From Hormiphora californensis (Eukaryota > Animalia > Ctenophora), in assembly GCA_020137815.1 (NCBI GenBank), contig CM035351.1, positions 8,680,001 to 8,744,000 on the forward strand: a DNA stretch of 64,000 nt. Reading direction: 5' to 3'. Below the pieces are notes generated by a model. It did no database searches. It saw only the letters and a list, made by a program, of their open reading frames with translations, and was not told the DNA's origin. Positions within the stretch are counted from its first letter, which is position 1; every line of letters begins with the position of its first letter. Position numbers and translations under genes: made by a program. Positions 1 to 31,458 of this stretch are shown here, in pieces.

Positions 1-377
1 GAGCTGTTCTGTTTAAAGATCAAATACCAAACAACATGTAATGGAGATAAGTTGCATTCTAAATTATTATCCTTCACACATTGAGTGCGTGTTTATATGA
101 GTATACTCTAATTTTGATTCAACATGCACAGAAATACTTGAAATTGTATTACGGTGCATAATTATGTGTATGAAGTTGAAGAGTCGGAGGGGAGTCAGAC
201 AGGCGAACCGACAGTATACTGGAATTTGATATACTCTGGCCTTCGGGAGGGAGGGAGGGAAAGAGCGAGAGATTTTATTTGGGAATCCATAGCAACAAAC
301 CTCTCCCGCTCTCACCGTTGGTTTTCCACCATTCTTTCTTGTACGTCTCCAGTCTCTGTGTGCTTCGAACGGCATAG

Positions 378-451
<74 letters not shown>

Positions 452-1021
452 CCTTTAGGTGTCAAGAAGAATCAGTCAGTGTTGCTCATGAGTCGCCATA
501 TATGATAATGTGCATAAATTGTGTGATCCAGTGTATTTCAGTTGAAAAGTGCTTTGTACAAGGCGAGAAGAAAAGTAGGGGCACAGAAAGACGGAAAAGG
601 GAGAAACGCTGAGAGAATTGTTTTTGTTGGTAGAGAGAGAGGGGGGAAGAGAGAGAGAAAGAAGAAGCCTCTCAGCGGTGTATGTGCGAGACACAGAAGC
701 AAGAGGAAGAGAGAGAGAGAATAGAGACATATATAATAAATATATGCACAAACTCACACACACACAGTGGTACACACAGCAGTACAGCTAACCGACATAA
801 AGTTGAACAAATTACTTCAATTACTGCACAGGTTGTGTCAGTTCCTTTGTCATGGTCCAGCAATCACTGCGTGTGTGTGTGATTGTTGGGTTGTTTCATC
901 ATGTTTGGTTGGTAATCAATGCAGGAGAGAGGTAATCTAATACAGCTGGATTGGCGCCAACAGTCAACACCCCCCCCCCCCCCCCCCCCACTGCGGTAGA
1001 TCCCCTCCCCGAAGATGTGTT

Positions 1022-1118
1022 GTGTGGCTCACATTATGTTTCATATTCTGTGGCTCACTCTGCATTATGTTTCATATTCTGTGGCTCACTCTGCATTATG
1101 TTTCATATTCTGTGGCTC
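1022..1118. repeat. ~30-bp tandem repeat, ~3 copies
   Basis: tgtggctcactctgcattatgtttcatattc is repeated. Confidence 0.8.
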
Positions 1119-2270
1119 TTTGACGGTTCGGTAGATCTAGTATTATAGAGGGGTCGCCCCGGGTACACATAGCACACAATATGTCATATTGATTAGTGGT
1201 AACGAAATAAGGGGAACTGCCAACTGGTGAACCCGGATATGTCTACTGTTTGAACGTGAACATCTGAAGTAAAGGGAAAACCATGCGACAATATAACCGC
1301 AGCACACCCCGTGCCTGAACAAAGTTTAACCTCGGATGAAAAATGTCCCCTAAGCAGGCGCGGGGGAGGTGCAACAGCACAACCCTAAGCGGACTTCACT
1401 AGGGTACAACAACAACTAGGGTCTTCAGATAGGTATTTGGAGTGGAAAAATGTAATAAAACACCCCATTTTTTCGAGAAACTTTTTCTCTACATAGATTT
1501 TAAGATTGGTCGTTTTGACTGCCAAAAAGGCATTCAAAACCATGCTGTGAGCAAGAGCAGTATGTTGAGATAAGATGGAAAGTTGGGTGATATACTGACG
1601 GCAGTTATAGCCAATCAAATAATGAAACTATATCTGCACATCAATGTGTAGAATATTTCATCCATAGTGAATCGATCCTCACAGCATTAGTCATTGCGTC
1701 ATTCCTTGTTTGTTTGTTATGAGACGTCATAGGAACCTGATATTATAGATTTCTAATACTATACGTCACAACATTTTAATAGGATCAGTTTCATGATATT
1801 CCTTTTCCCCATTATGTGTGACGTCACGGGGAGAGAGATGAGAGTGAGAGTGAGGAGAGAAGAGAGAGAGAGAGAGAGTGAGAGAGAGTGCAGGTGTAGA
1901 GATGAAATGACGTAACGGTAGCACCTCATGGAGCTGACCTTCTTTGTATTATATGCACTGTCTAATTTTACTGTCTCAAAAGTAGTGCATTAGGACAGTA
2001 CTACTACTTAACTCTCCAAACTTCACGTATAGATGAGCATGCTCAGAAGCGAGAGTGACAGAATCGAGAGCGAGCAGAATCGAGTGGAGGCGAGGGGCTG
2101 CGTCGAGAGCACCTGGCAGAGGAGCCTCAGATACCGGAGCTCACGATGCTCAGACTCCCGTCGTCCGTCCTCGCTCGCTGCGGTCGCCCGTCTCTAGCTC
2201 CATGCCCTCCTGCCTCGCTGCGTCTCTCTCCTCTCTACGATCATCATCTACTCCAGCCTACTCTCTCATA

Positions 2271-2342
<72 letters not shown>

Positions 2343-2376
2343 TCTCTCTCCCCTCTCTGACAGTTCACCCCTGCAG

Positions 2377-2749
2377 GTACCAAGGCCCCGAGGTGGATTG
2401 TTGGAGTTTGGGTGTGGTACTCTACACCCTGCTATGTGGAACCATGCCTTTCGATGACTCTGATATGAAACACTTGGTGGAGTGTATAACCAGTGCCTCC
2501 TATCCTACTCCTAGGGGTCTAACCAAATGTAAGTCATCAAATGCTTGTCATCACTCATCCTGCATGACTGTACGGAGAGGGCAGTCTTTTGTGAATATGA
2601 CTATCTTCGCGCCCAGATTTAGCCCGGTCTGGAGAGGGGAGTGATACAATCGTATACTGTGTTTGTCATTTAGACAAATTGGATTTTGGAATAGTTTTTT
2701 ACAATTGGAGACTGTGTATTTAGATGTCTGTGTGGTTTGTAGGATGGGT

Positions 2750-2780
<31 letters not shown>

Positions 2781-5664
2781 ACCACAGAACGCACGCAGCC
2801 TGAATGTGTGTGTTAACTTAGTTATATATGTAACGTCAGTAATCAACACCTATTTCCAAAAGCCATCACACTGTACACACTCAACTGGTACTGTATATAG
2901 GTAGCTGGACAACTTCAAACACAATTAACTGGTGGCTGGCTTGTGTTGTGTGTGTGTGTGCACATAAAATAGAGACAACAGGAAAGAAGAATTTTCTTGA
3001 TTTTATTGCCGGCCCCATATCACTGCATAAAATCACCCCCTCCCATTTTCGAATTATTCAAATATCACTGTGCCTCCCACGATCATAATATAACATTCAT
3101 GACGCACTAACTATTGCCCGCCGCGTGAGCTGTAAAAAGATCGACAGTCTGCTCAGCAGCTCTACTGCTCATGGTACCTTGTTCTCGCAGTAACGCGCGG
3201 ACACCCTTAACACGCGCAGAGTCAGAGGTAGTTGTGCGCGTCTTTTCTCACGCCCTCTATTTTCAGCTGCCCAAGACGTCCTGTGCCGACTGCTCCGGGC
3301 AAATCCCCGGAAAAGGGCGACAATTGAGAACATCAGAACACATCCCTGGATCAATGATGGGTACTCCAAACCGCCCTTGCAGCAGCCCATCTCAAACATC
3401 AACCAGAAGGATCGGAGACGGCTGAGCAGCAAAATATCCTGTTTATCAGAGGCACCACTCCGCGGTCTAACTCCACGGCCACGATCTAACTCTCGCACAC
3501 CATCAGTCTCTTCCGCTACCTCTCGAAACAAAAAGAGCAGCTCAGCCCATCCTAGTGACAGGGAGAGTGAAGCGTTAAAGAATGCTAAGCGGAAGCTAGT
3601 CTTGGAACCATCATCCCCAGCTGCTGCCAGCAGCGGACCCCGCTCTCCTCTCTCTATGAAAACTGTAAAGGAGGAAGCACCCCCTGAGCGTCCCAAATCA
3701 GCCTCTGCAATGCTCTCTAAGATCCCCTCGAAACCGCCCCGACCTAGCAAATCCAAGGTTGAAACGATGATCGGCGAAGAGTTCCATGAGAGATCTAAGA
3801 GTGACGTCACGCCTCCCTCGACAGCGGGGGGAGGGGATTTGAAGAAGTGTAGTAGCTATGACAACAAGGGGAGTCCTCAGGGGACACCGGAACCCAAACT
3901 TCTCACTCCTGATAGGAGAACACTGTCAGAGAATATGTCGCTGGCTAAATTCGCTACCTCCGAATATGTTGAACCTCCCAAAATCAAGGATGCCGGTGAG
4001 TTTCCCTTCCTAACCCCCACAAATCTCACTCTCACCTATTCACATCTCCCTCCCGCTATGTTCCAATAACCACCCCATGTTCCACTAACCACTATCCCTC
4101 TCTCCATGACCCACTATCCCTCTCTCCATGACCCACTCTCCCTCTCTCTCCATGACCCACTAACCACTCTCCCTCTCTCCAGGTGCAATTACTATGGTGG
4201 ACAGTGAGGCGGCTATGTTTGATGGTTTTGGTGGCAGTACCCGGTGTATTGAGAGTGTCAGTAGCGGTATAACGGAGCTCACCCAGTCCCTGGCTGACAT
4301 GGCTGTCCCTGAGGAGATAGCAACTAAACCACCAGTGGGAGGGGGTGTTACCCCGACCCCTGATGACAACTCATCCCGTGCAACTCCCACCAACCCCACC
4401 CCGGCACCACCACCCAAGAAGAAGGTGGAGAGCAAGTTGTCAACCCCTCGGACACCTCTCAGAGGAGAGAACTGTACCGGTGCAGCCCGATTCCAAGGCT
4501 GCAATCAACAAGAGCGGGCTAGGTGCAAAACGTCCCCTGAACCGACCCACAAATCCTGGTGCAGGCACAACGAGCCAAATCAATGGCCACCCGAGACAGA
4601 CCAACCTCTGTGAAAACCCGTGGTCCAACAACCCCTAGCTCTGCTGGAAGTGGAACAGGCTCACTGCGATCACGTCGCAACTCGGACATAGTGTCAGTAT
4701 CAAATCTGTCAGTAAGGAGCGAGGCGGACCTCTCCAGATCGGGTGCCTCGCGGGGGTCCCTCAGGAAGCCTGGCACCTCGCCTGCCAAGAGGACCGCCAA
4801 TGTGAAGAGCAAAGTGGACTGTCACCGAACACCACGTACCAACTCTGCGGAGAATAACATCAACAACAGTAAGGTATCGAACACAACGACAGATAAAAAG
4901 TCAGGTGTTCGATCTCAGATTTCATCGCTGGTCACTAAGAAAACCACTCGATCGTCAGCATCTGATTCCACAGCATCCGCCCCGACAACACCCCGAACAC
5001 AACGGTCCGTCCGTCCAAACCCTTCTGCACCACCGGTAGGTTTTCAATAAATTACAATATATTTGCCCTGTACCACTGCACCTATATAAAGTGGCAGTTC
5101 TAACAATGTTGTTGAGTGTGTGTGTGTGTGTTTTGTGTGTGGGCAAGTTGCATGACGTCATTCCTGAACCTATAGAGAGTGCGAAAGTAAAAACCCGAAA
5201 TAAAGCAACTGCATGCACTAATATTAAAGGAAGGTAAGTTTTTTGTGAGCGTTGATTTTAGTGTACACTTCCTTTGGAGATTAGAATAATGTGTGGGACT
5301 TTGTTGAGTAACTCCTTATTGCTCAACAAGTGGGACTGGAGGATGGGATTGGCAAATTACGTAAAACTATCAAATTGCAGCAGGTCACTAAGTCTGTATA
5401 CTGTTTTCGCTGTCCATTCCAGCTGATCTGTTATTTGATTTCTGTGTGTGAGAGTTGAGTGCAGCACAATCATGACTCAAAACCCCCTCTCTCTCCCCCC
5501 TAACACCCCCTTCTTTCCCCCAGAAAAGCCATGAAGAACCCGTGACGCCCTCCCGGTTGCCAAGGTACCGAGGCGGCTCCATCTCTACCACAACACCGCA
5601 CCGATCCCGCTCGAACACGGAGCCATTCCGGCCACCTGACCTCCATGCCCAGCCATTTCGGTGA
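2377..5664 (+). CDS. NUAK/AMPK-related (CAMKL) Ser/Thr kinase, 5'-partial; exons 2377-2528, 3267-3995, 4183-5035, 5524-5664
   Basis: Spliced translation gives kinase subdomains IX-XI ([26 protein letters not shown]...[22 protein letters not shown]), typical of NUAK, then a long S/T/P/K-rich tail. GT-AG junctions are in phase. Two apparent +1 frameshifts near 4460 and 4565. No N-lobe exons found in 1-2376. Confidence 0.85.
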
Positions 5665-6352
5665 AGAGAAATAGGGAGGGAGATAGAGAGACATTATTAT
5701 AGTGGCAACATGTGACACAATTATACAATTGTGTTAGAACTTTGGGTGTTTTATAATGTGTGTGAATTTCACGTGTAACAAGCACGTGTACAGTGTGTTT
5801 TGGGATGTACACAATAAGTAAGCGCAACAATAGTGAAAGAGGAAGAGAAGTAAAGCCATGTTTATATCAGTGGTGATAGGACTGTCTGGCGTCGCGACCC
5901 CATCTGAGCGCACTGGGGTATGGCGCCGCCATACAGGGATAGGATGAGAGTGAGAGAGTGATTTTCGAGCGTTACCCCCCGAGAAGCACCACTAAATATG
6001 CACTCTCATCCTTTTTGTAGTTCCCCCTAGATGTATGGCCAATCCGAATTATACGATTTGTAAGTTAACAGTACTATCTCTTTATCAGCTTATAATAACC
6101 ACGCACCATCCTAAATCATTATTGACTTTAAATGGTGAAATGAATCGCTTTCTTTTAAAACATTTTGTTGGGAGTTTCGTACAAGCATGGCAATAAATGC
6201 TCTAACTTAGGTTGTAAAACAATTTCCCACGGTCAAATAGCACCTCCCCTGACATTTTACAAGATAGAACCGTCATCCTTGTCGCGTTGGAAGTTTCTCT
6301 TGAGTTCATTCTAACGCTTCAATATCTCTTTCTTGCCAGGGGATGGAACTTA

Positions 6353-7814
6353 CACGGCGTGCCCGAGGGTAGTTTAACATTTGTTTGAGTGCACACCTCC
6401 AATTCCGGTTGTAACTGGTCGGGAAGACCTCCCTGAAGGTTGTGGCGGTGCGGGAAAAATAGGGTAGACCTGCTGCGGCTTCAGAAAATTGAGAAAAAGA
6501 TAGCTATCTTTTTTTTCACTTTGAAAATAAGACGTTTTTTATTAAAAGATCCTTGATCAGTGAGGTACGGTTGTCCCCTACCTATCTTTTGACGTAGAAT
6601 CGAATGCCGTTGAAGTCAAATCTCTAAAATGTTGGCAAAATGGAGAAAATCACGTTTTTAGGTGTTTTTTGGTGAAAAAAGCGTTCAAACTGGTAGTAGA
6701 TGATGGGATAGAGTCCTAAAAATATCATAAATCGATTTTTTGGGTCTTTTTCGTTCTAGGAACAGAGTTTCATGAAAACCTGGTACAACGCCTATTCTCC
6801 GTTTGCTTTCAAAGAAGGTGAATATTGCTCTAATTTAGCCAATTTTGAAGAAAAGGCGTCCAAAATGATACCAGTTGACAGGATAGAGTCCCAAAAACGT
6901 GAAAATCATCAATTTTAGGCATTTTATACCCTAGAAACAAATGGACATGGTGGTCGAATGATATTTTTTATCTCGGTAGGCCTCTGAAGTATGTGGAAAT
7001 AGCCACAATGTAGAGATTGTGGTAAATTAATGTGAATAAACGTTTACCAAACCCACTTTAGCACCTGCTAAGTTGAAGAGTGGCTCTTGCATAATCCAGA
7101 AGCCCACTAAAGTGGGTTTGGTAAACGTTTATTCACATTAATTTACCACAATCTCTACATTGTGGCTATTTCCACATACTTCAGAGGCCTACCGAGATAA
7201 AAATATCATTCGACCACCATGTCCATTTGTTTCTAGGGTATAAAATGCCTAAAATTGATGATTTTCACGTTTTTGGGACTCTATCCTGTCAACTGGTATC
7301 ATTTTGGACGCCTTTTCTTCAAAATTGGCTAAATTAGAGCAATATTCACCTTCTTTGAAAGCAAACGGAGAATAGGCGTTGTACCAGGTTTTCATGAAAC
7401 TCTGTTCCTAGAACGAAAAAGACCCAAAAAATCGATTTATGATATTTTTGGGACTCTATCCCATCATCTACTACCAGTTTGAACGCTTTTTTCACCAAAA
7501 AACACCTAAAAACGTGATTTTCTCCATTTTGCCAACATTTTAGAGATTTGACTTCAACGGCATTCGATTCTACGTCAAAAGATAGGTGGGGGACAACCGT
7601 ATCTCACTGATCAAGGATCTTTTAATAAAAAACGTCTTATTTTCAAAGTGAAAAAAAAGATAGCTATCTTTTTCTCAATTTTCTGAAGCCGCAGCAGGTC
7701 TACCCTATTTTTCCCGCACCGCCACGACCTTCAGGGAGGTCTTCCCGACCAGTTACAACCGGAATTGGAAGTGTGCACTCAAACAAATGTTAAACTACCC
7801 TCGGGCACGCCGTG
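6353..7814. mobile_element. Non-autonomous fold-back DNA transposon, Chapaev/CMC-like
   Basis: Near-perfect inverted arms 6353-7061 and 7107-7814 around a 45-bp spacer. Termini CACGGCGT...ACGCCGTG. 4-bp TSD CTTA at 6349-6352 and 7815-7818. Confidence 0.9.
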
Positions 7815-8467
7815 CTTAGACTGTGAGAAATTTTGAAATGCCAGGCGAGGGCAACATAGTATGAACTAGTTGTTGCTTGAGTTCTCCTTTAGGATCTTTT
7901 TTGGGGATGGTGCTATCATTGAACTAAAATTATGATTCATTCACGAAAAGCTCTTCTAGTAAACCACAAGGGTTTTGATTGTACTGTTCATGTAGTTTGA
8001 ACAGTACAGTGTTTAAAATATTATGACACAAGATTTGAGTTATGTAGAAATGAATGGCGATATCGTGTGTGTGACACTATTTGTACCGTGTATGATTTGT
8101 ACATTTTACCCCCTTCCACGTAAATTATCCGCCTTTACATCTTTTTAATAACTTTGAAGAAATGGGAACATGGACTCGTGGTGCTCCGTCATACCGGCCG
8201 GCCGCACAGCCCCTGTTTTGCTCTAAACCATGAGCAGCCAATCAGTCCTCTACATTTCTTCAAGGTTATTGTTTAATCAAAAACAACGGGTTAACAAAAT
8301 GAAACAATTAACACACCGATCTACGGTAATACATTTGGTGGTGGTCAACTGCAGTACTGACCGAACAAATCTGAGCACTCAGTCACTATACGGCTGTCAG
8401 AGCATTGGCCTGACAACTACACGGGGCCGGAAAGGCTGCACAGGGTGTAAAATGTCCAGGATAAGTT

Positions 8468-11400
8468 CTAGGATGCTACTTCAGCATTTCCAGTCCTAGT
8501 TGTAGCAGTAGGAGAGCTGCTGGCGGTGAATAGGTTCTGTCCTCGATCTATCATCCGGGAAAAGTTGGTTGTGGTCTTGTGGGACATCTTCTTCAGCCCA
8601 ATTAGCCCCTGTTCTGCCTGGCAATGGGAGTTTGTGTCAGTACAAGTTGAAGTACAAGCTGCCTGGCGGGGCCAGAGAGTGTAACTGTACAAACCAGTTT
8701 TGGACTGGCATCTGTCCATCCACACTCTGGGTAGAGGTTGTTGAGTAAGGGGTGGACCCTCAACAAGGTATGGGTGAACGGATTGTCCCCTCATGCACTA
8801 GCTGGTGTGCTTACCTGTTTCCTGAGTTTCTCTGCATTGCTTGCCACACCTTTGGCGGTCAGTATTTTGGGCCGGGGAGATCCAGCAGCTTTCCTCTGTG
8901 GGAAGGGGGATGTGACAGTGGTGGGAGTCATGGCCTGGTTAGGGAAGGATCCGACACGAAGTTTAGGAATCCTCATTTCTGCTTCTCCAACCTGTAGGAG
9001 GGTGAATGGGGGAGTGTTACACTGTGCTTTCACTACCACTTTCACTCTAGAATATCTTAGAAGGATCGGGCCCTGATTAGATAGGCCATCGGGCTCTATA
9101 CAGATAGATACTACCTAGGTTTAGGTCTCACTCTCAGTAACAGAGAACTAATTACCGTGGCAGTGACAATATCTCCGACAGACTTAGAGAGGGCATCTCG
9201 GGTCCTGGTGACGGTTCCAGTTACACCCGTGCTCACTGATCTTGTCACTTGTCTCGCCTAGAAAAGAAGAGAAAATACTCCTAGAATTTAGAACGTTTGG
9301 GTTTAGATGAAATATCAGCACAGCACAAAGGGTCACGTTCTTTCTCCCCTTCCACAACGAGCCAGTAAAGCAAAAAAAGCTGCTTTTGATTTTCACAGCA
9401 CAGCTCTCTCTCTCTCCCCTCACATAACAATACCTCGTTAGCAAGGAGCATGCCGATGATGTTTGTGGTGGTTCGGGGTCTCTCAAACCGGAGTGAGAGG
9501 TGAGCCACACAGTTGAATACAGCCACCACTGCCACACTGTCGATATAGGGTGCTATAAACATACTGAAAATGTTCTCATCTATCGAATCTCCCCTCCAGG
9601 CACCTGGATACAATGAGGTTTTAAAGGTTTGGTAGCAAGTAGCTACTGAAGAACTGAATCAGAATGAGTACGGAGATCAAATTGCCAAGTCATAGAACTC
9701 CTATTAGTAGGTCTGTCTGAGGGCGGTGCTGGACTCAGAGCATACATGAGAGGACTCTCGGGCTGTGATAAAGACAGGAAAATTTTTTACAATTTTCACA
9801 GTAGATCTCAGTACCTCTTCTGATGGTGGTAATGATTTGATCATTGAGAACTGCCGCTACAATCACATCAGCACTACCCCTCACTCTCTTGATCTTGATG
9901 TCTGCCTTCTTAACAACACCTGCCGTACCCCTGCAGAGCAATAGAAACTGATCTCAGAAATCTAAATCTAGGAATTGGGAGTTTTTAGGAATAGCTGACA
10001 GAGGAGGGAGACTCAAATCGGGGCCAAACACACAGGAATGCTAATTGCTAAAAAACAATGTAGCCATGTAGGCAGGTACCTGCTGACGTGTACACTGCCA
10101 TGTACGAATCCCTGAACCTTTCTTATCTTGATGAGTGCCGTTGTTTTCCCAGAATTGGGGTCTCTCAGTTCCCAGACATCTCGGGATTTGGTGGTCTCCA
10201 ACCTCCAGAGGAATCCAACAACTCGGCTACACTCACTGGTTCGGCCTTCATCTGGGTCACTCGACACTGAAACATATTACATCCCATCATTTAACTGTCT
10301 GGCAGCGCAAGACCCCATTTTGATTGGACTCAGATCGGGTTGGCGACGCTAGAAGTAGACAGAAAGAAACGTGCGAGAGAAACATTTTCATCTATCGGAA
10401 CATAAGTCAGAAACTGTCAAACACGGCAGTGAACTTACAGAATCGTGGGTCGTCCAAGGTTATGCCATACGATCCTGTTTCGGTGTCGTAAAATGTGCTA
10501 AACACAGTTTCCCCAGTAGCATTAATGATCTTTAGCCCTCGCTCTTCCTCTGAGACACCGCTGACGTCACAGAACAACATTTCACGACGGACCGTCCGTA
10601 GATCCTCCTCCATAACCGTCAACTGGGGGGATTTGATATAAATTGGTAAGAATAATTATATGCTCACGGAAAAGTCAGCAATACACAATGGACGATAAAG
10701 AAGCGGTGTCTACTTGTACTACCACTGGTAGTTACTGTAGCAGCTGCAGTGGACAAGTAATTGTTGTACCTGTACACAGCGTTGCCGTTTAGGAACTTCA
10801 GGAACCCAATCAAGAGCTACATCCCTCGATATTGGTCGATCTGAGACCCCTAACATGTGGGAACTGGTAGCATAACTAACACCACTCTCCGAGGCAGGGC
10901 AATTTGAAGATAGGACGGGGCTGAGGGGTGGTGAGGGTAGGATAGAGAGACGAGATGGCTTGTGGACGGTTGAGTACACGGGGGAGGATGCCCGATCATA
11001 CACCCTATCCTCTGCAGCACCTGTCTCGACTATCAGTGAGGTTGCTGTACCCCCAACATCAGAACCTCCACCTGATACTGCGGAACCTCCACCTGACGCT
11101 TCTTTTAATTCTGTACAGACAGGGGAGGGGGAAACAACTAGACTCTCCCCAGACTCAGTTACAGCACTCTCAGTTTCCTCATTCTCCTTGACAACTGCTG
11201 ATGATGCCTCTTCTTCTTGACCAGCACTACAACATTCTTCAGCCGGATACTTACAGATCCTCACGCACTCTCCCCTCTCTAATCCACCACTACCACCATC
11301 AACTCCATCCCCATCCTCGCTAAATGTCCTCAGGTCGTCAGCAGCCGCTGTAAACTCAAGGTTCATACTCAGTTTGTTACTCTCAGGTTCTCTGCAAGCA

Positions 11401-11483
11401 AGTGTATAATGGGCGGGACAATCCCAGGTGTGGTTGATCTATCACGGAAAGGTGGACTGTGGAGAGAAGTGATAGGCACACAT
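8468..11483 (-). CDS. Protein with disordered N-terminus and LURP-one-related/Tubby-C (scramblase-like) domain; exons approx 11483-11446(?), 11391-10770, 10622-10439, 10348-10080, 9930-9815, 9603-9434, 9257-9156, 8991-8815, 8617-8468
   Basis: In-phase GT-AG joins link several short ORFs. Motifs GLKIINATGETVFST and IFSMFIAPYIDSVAVVAVFNCV resemble the start and C-terminal strand-helix of the LOR/Tubby-C barrel. Exon 10348-10080 needs indel correction near 10265-10292. First and last exons are less certain. Confidence 0.65.
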
Positions 11484-12004
11484 ATCTTGTGTCTGGATCT
11501 CTCTCTCTCTCACTGTCTTCATCTCTCTCTCACTGTCTCTCACTATCCCTGTCTGCGTGTGTAGGTGTAAACAAACCAAACTCGACTGGCTAAGGTATTG
11601 AGAACATTCATACATACATGGTATATTTACAAATAAAAACAAAGAAGTTTAGTTCAACAGTTTACACATGTTTCAATACAAAATTGTATTTCATCAGAAA
11701 GCACTATAGTAGAGCACTATCCGAGGCAAGGACAATCAGCTATACATGGTATATTTACAGTGCTATCGTATACAACAACAGACAGATCTTCAAACATACT
11801 TCAAACACTTAAATTTCAAAAGTTCTCAAATGGTTCCGCACTGAACAGTGAACCTAAATTAAATAAACCGGAATAAACGTATTTTTAGTGCAACTGCAAT
11901 GCAGGTCCTGCATACTTCAAGTCCCTAATGCACCCCCTCCCGGCCCAAGTCTATCCTGCTACACTAAAACAGTCCTACTCCTGCTACCCTAAAACAGTGT
12001 CCTG

Positions 12005-30623
<18,619 letters not shown>

Positions 30624-31458
30624 TCATTAACTAGTTGTAATAATTTAATTAGTTGTGATAATAATTAACTAGTTGTAATAATTTAATTAGGATGGGTAAC
30701 CCAATATTATAAGAGGGAACCAACCAAACTTGGGTCGGTGAGCTCTTATCTTGAAAATTACAGTTTGCTTTGCCTTTAGGACCATACAGTGTGATTTCGT
30801 ATTGCTTGCTATGGAACTAATGCCTTGTTTACATGTCACGTTTGGTCTATAATGCTGGGAACATGATACAGTCGGGCCCCGATTTATCGGGAGAATAAAC
30901 TTCCCCGATATAAGAATTTAAGTTTTTCACCTCGGTATGATAGATCAAACATGACAATGCGCCTATATATGCTGACTGTTGATGGCATTGCTGATAAAAA
31001 GGAGTAATGGTAAAGTGGTCCCCCCTCAATTTGCTACTTTTTTATATAAGTTATAATGCTTCGAACAACGTCATCAAGCGTAGTGCTCTACCTGTGCAAC
31101 GCCCACCATTGCTATAATTCATGACTATTATAAGTACCATGCCCCCATTGTCTACCTCCATGCCGTACGTGGTAGTCCCACACTATATATTAGTCTGCTA
31201 CAATGACGCCACCACGTCTACCAACAACTAAGCTCCCTTTCTTCCGGTGGCGAGGTTAGTGGCTACGGTAAAACAAAGTAAGGGACAGAACAACAATACC
31301 AGAGACAGGCAGAGGGATGAAAGAGACGTGTGAGGTACAATGGACACACAACCTTTACAGACCGCTCCGACAATAGTCCTGACGTTAACACAAAAGATGA
31401 GGGGCCTATAATAAAGACAACCTGAGAAACGCTCCCAGCTTAGTCTACAGTTTTCAAT

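Noticed and set aside
67-882. ORFs with ERERER/SLSLSL runs (also near 24.0, 49.8, 52.7, 54.3, 55.0, 56.1, 61.8 and 62.5 kb)
   Set aside because: They are translations of (GA/CT)n microsatellites.
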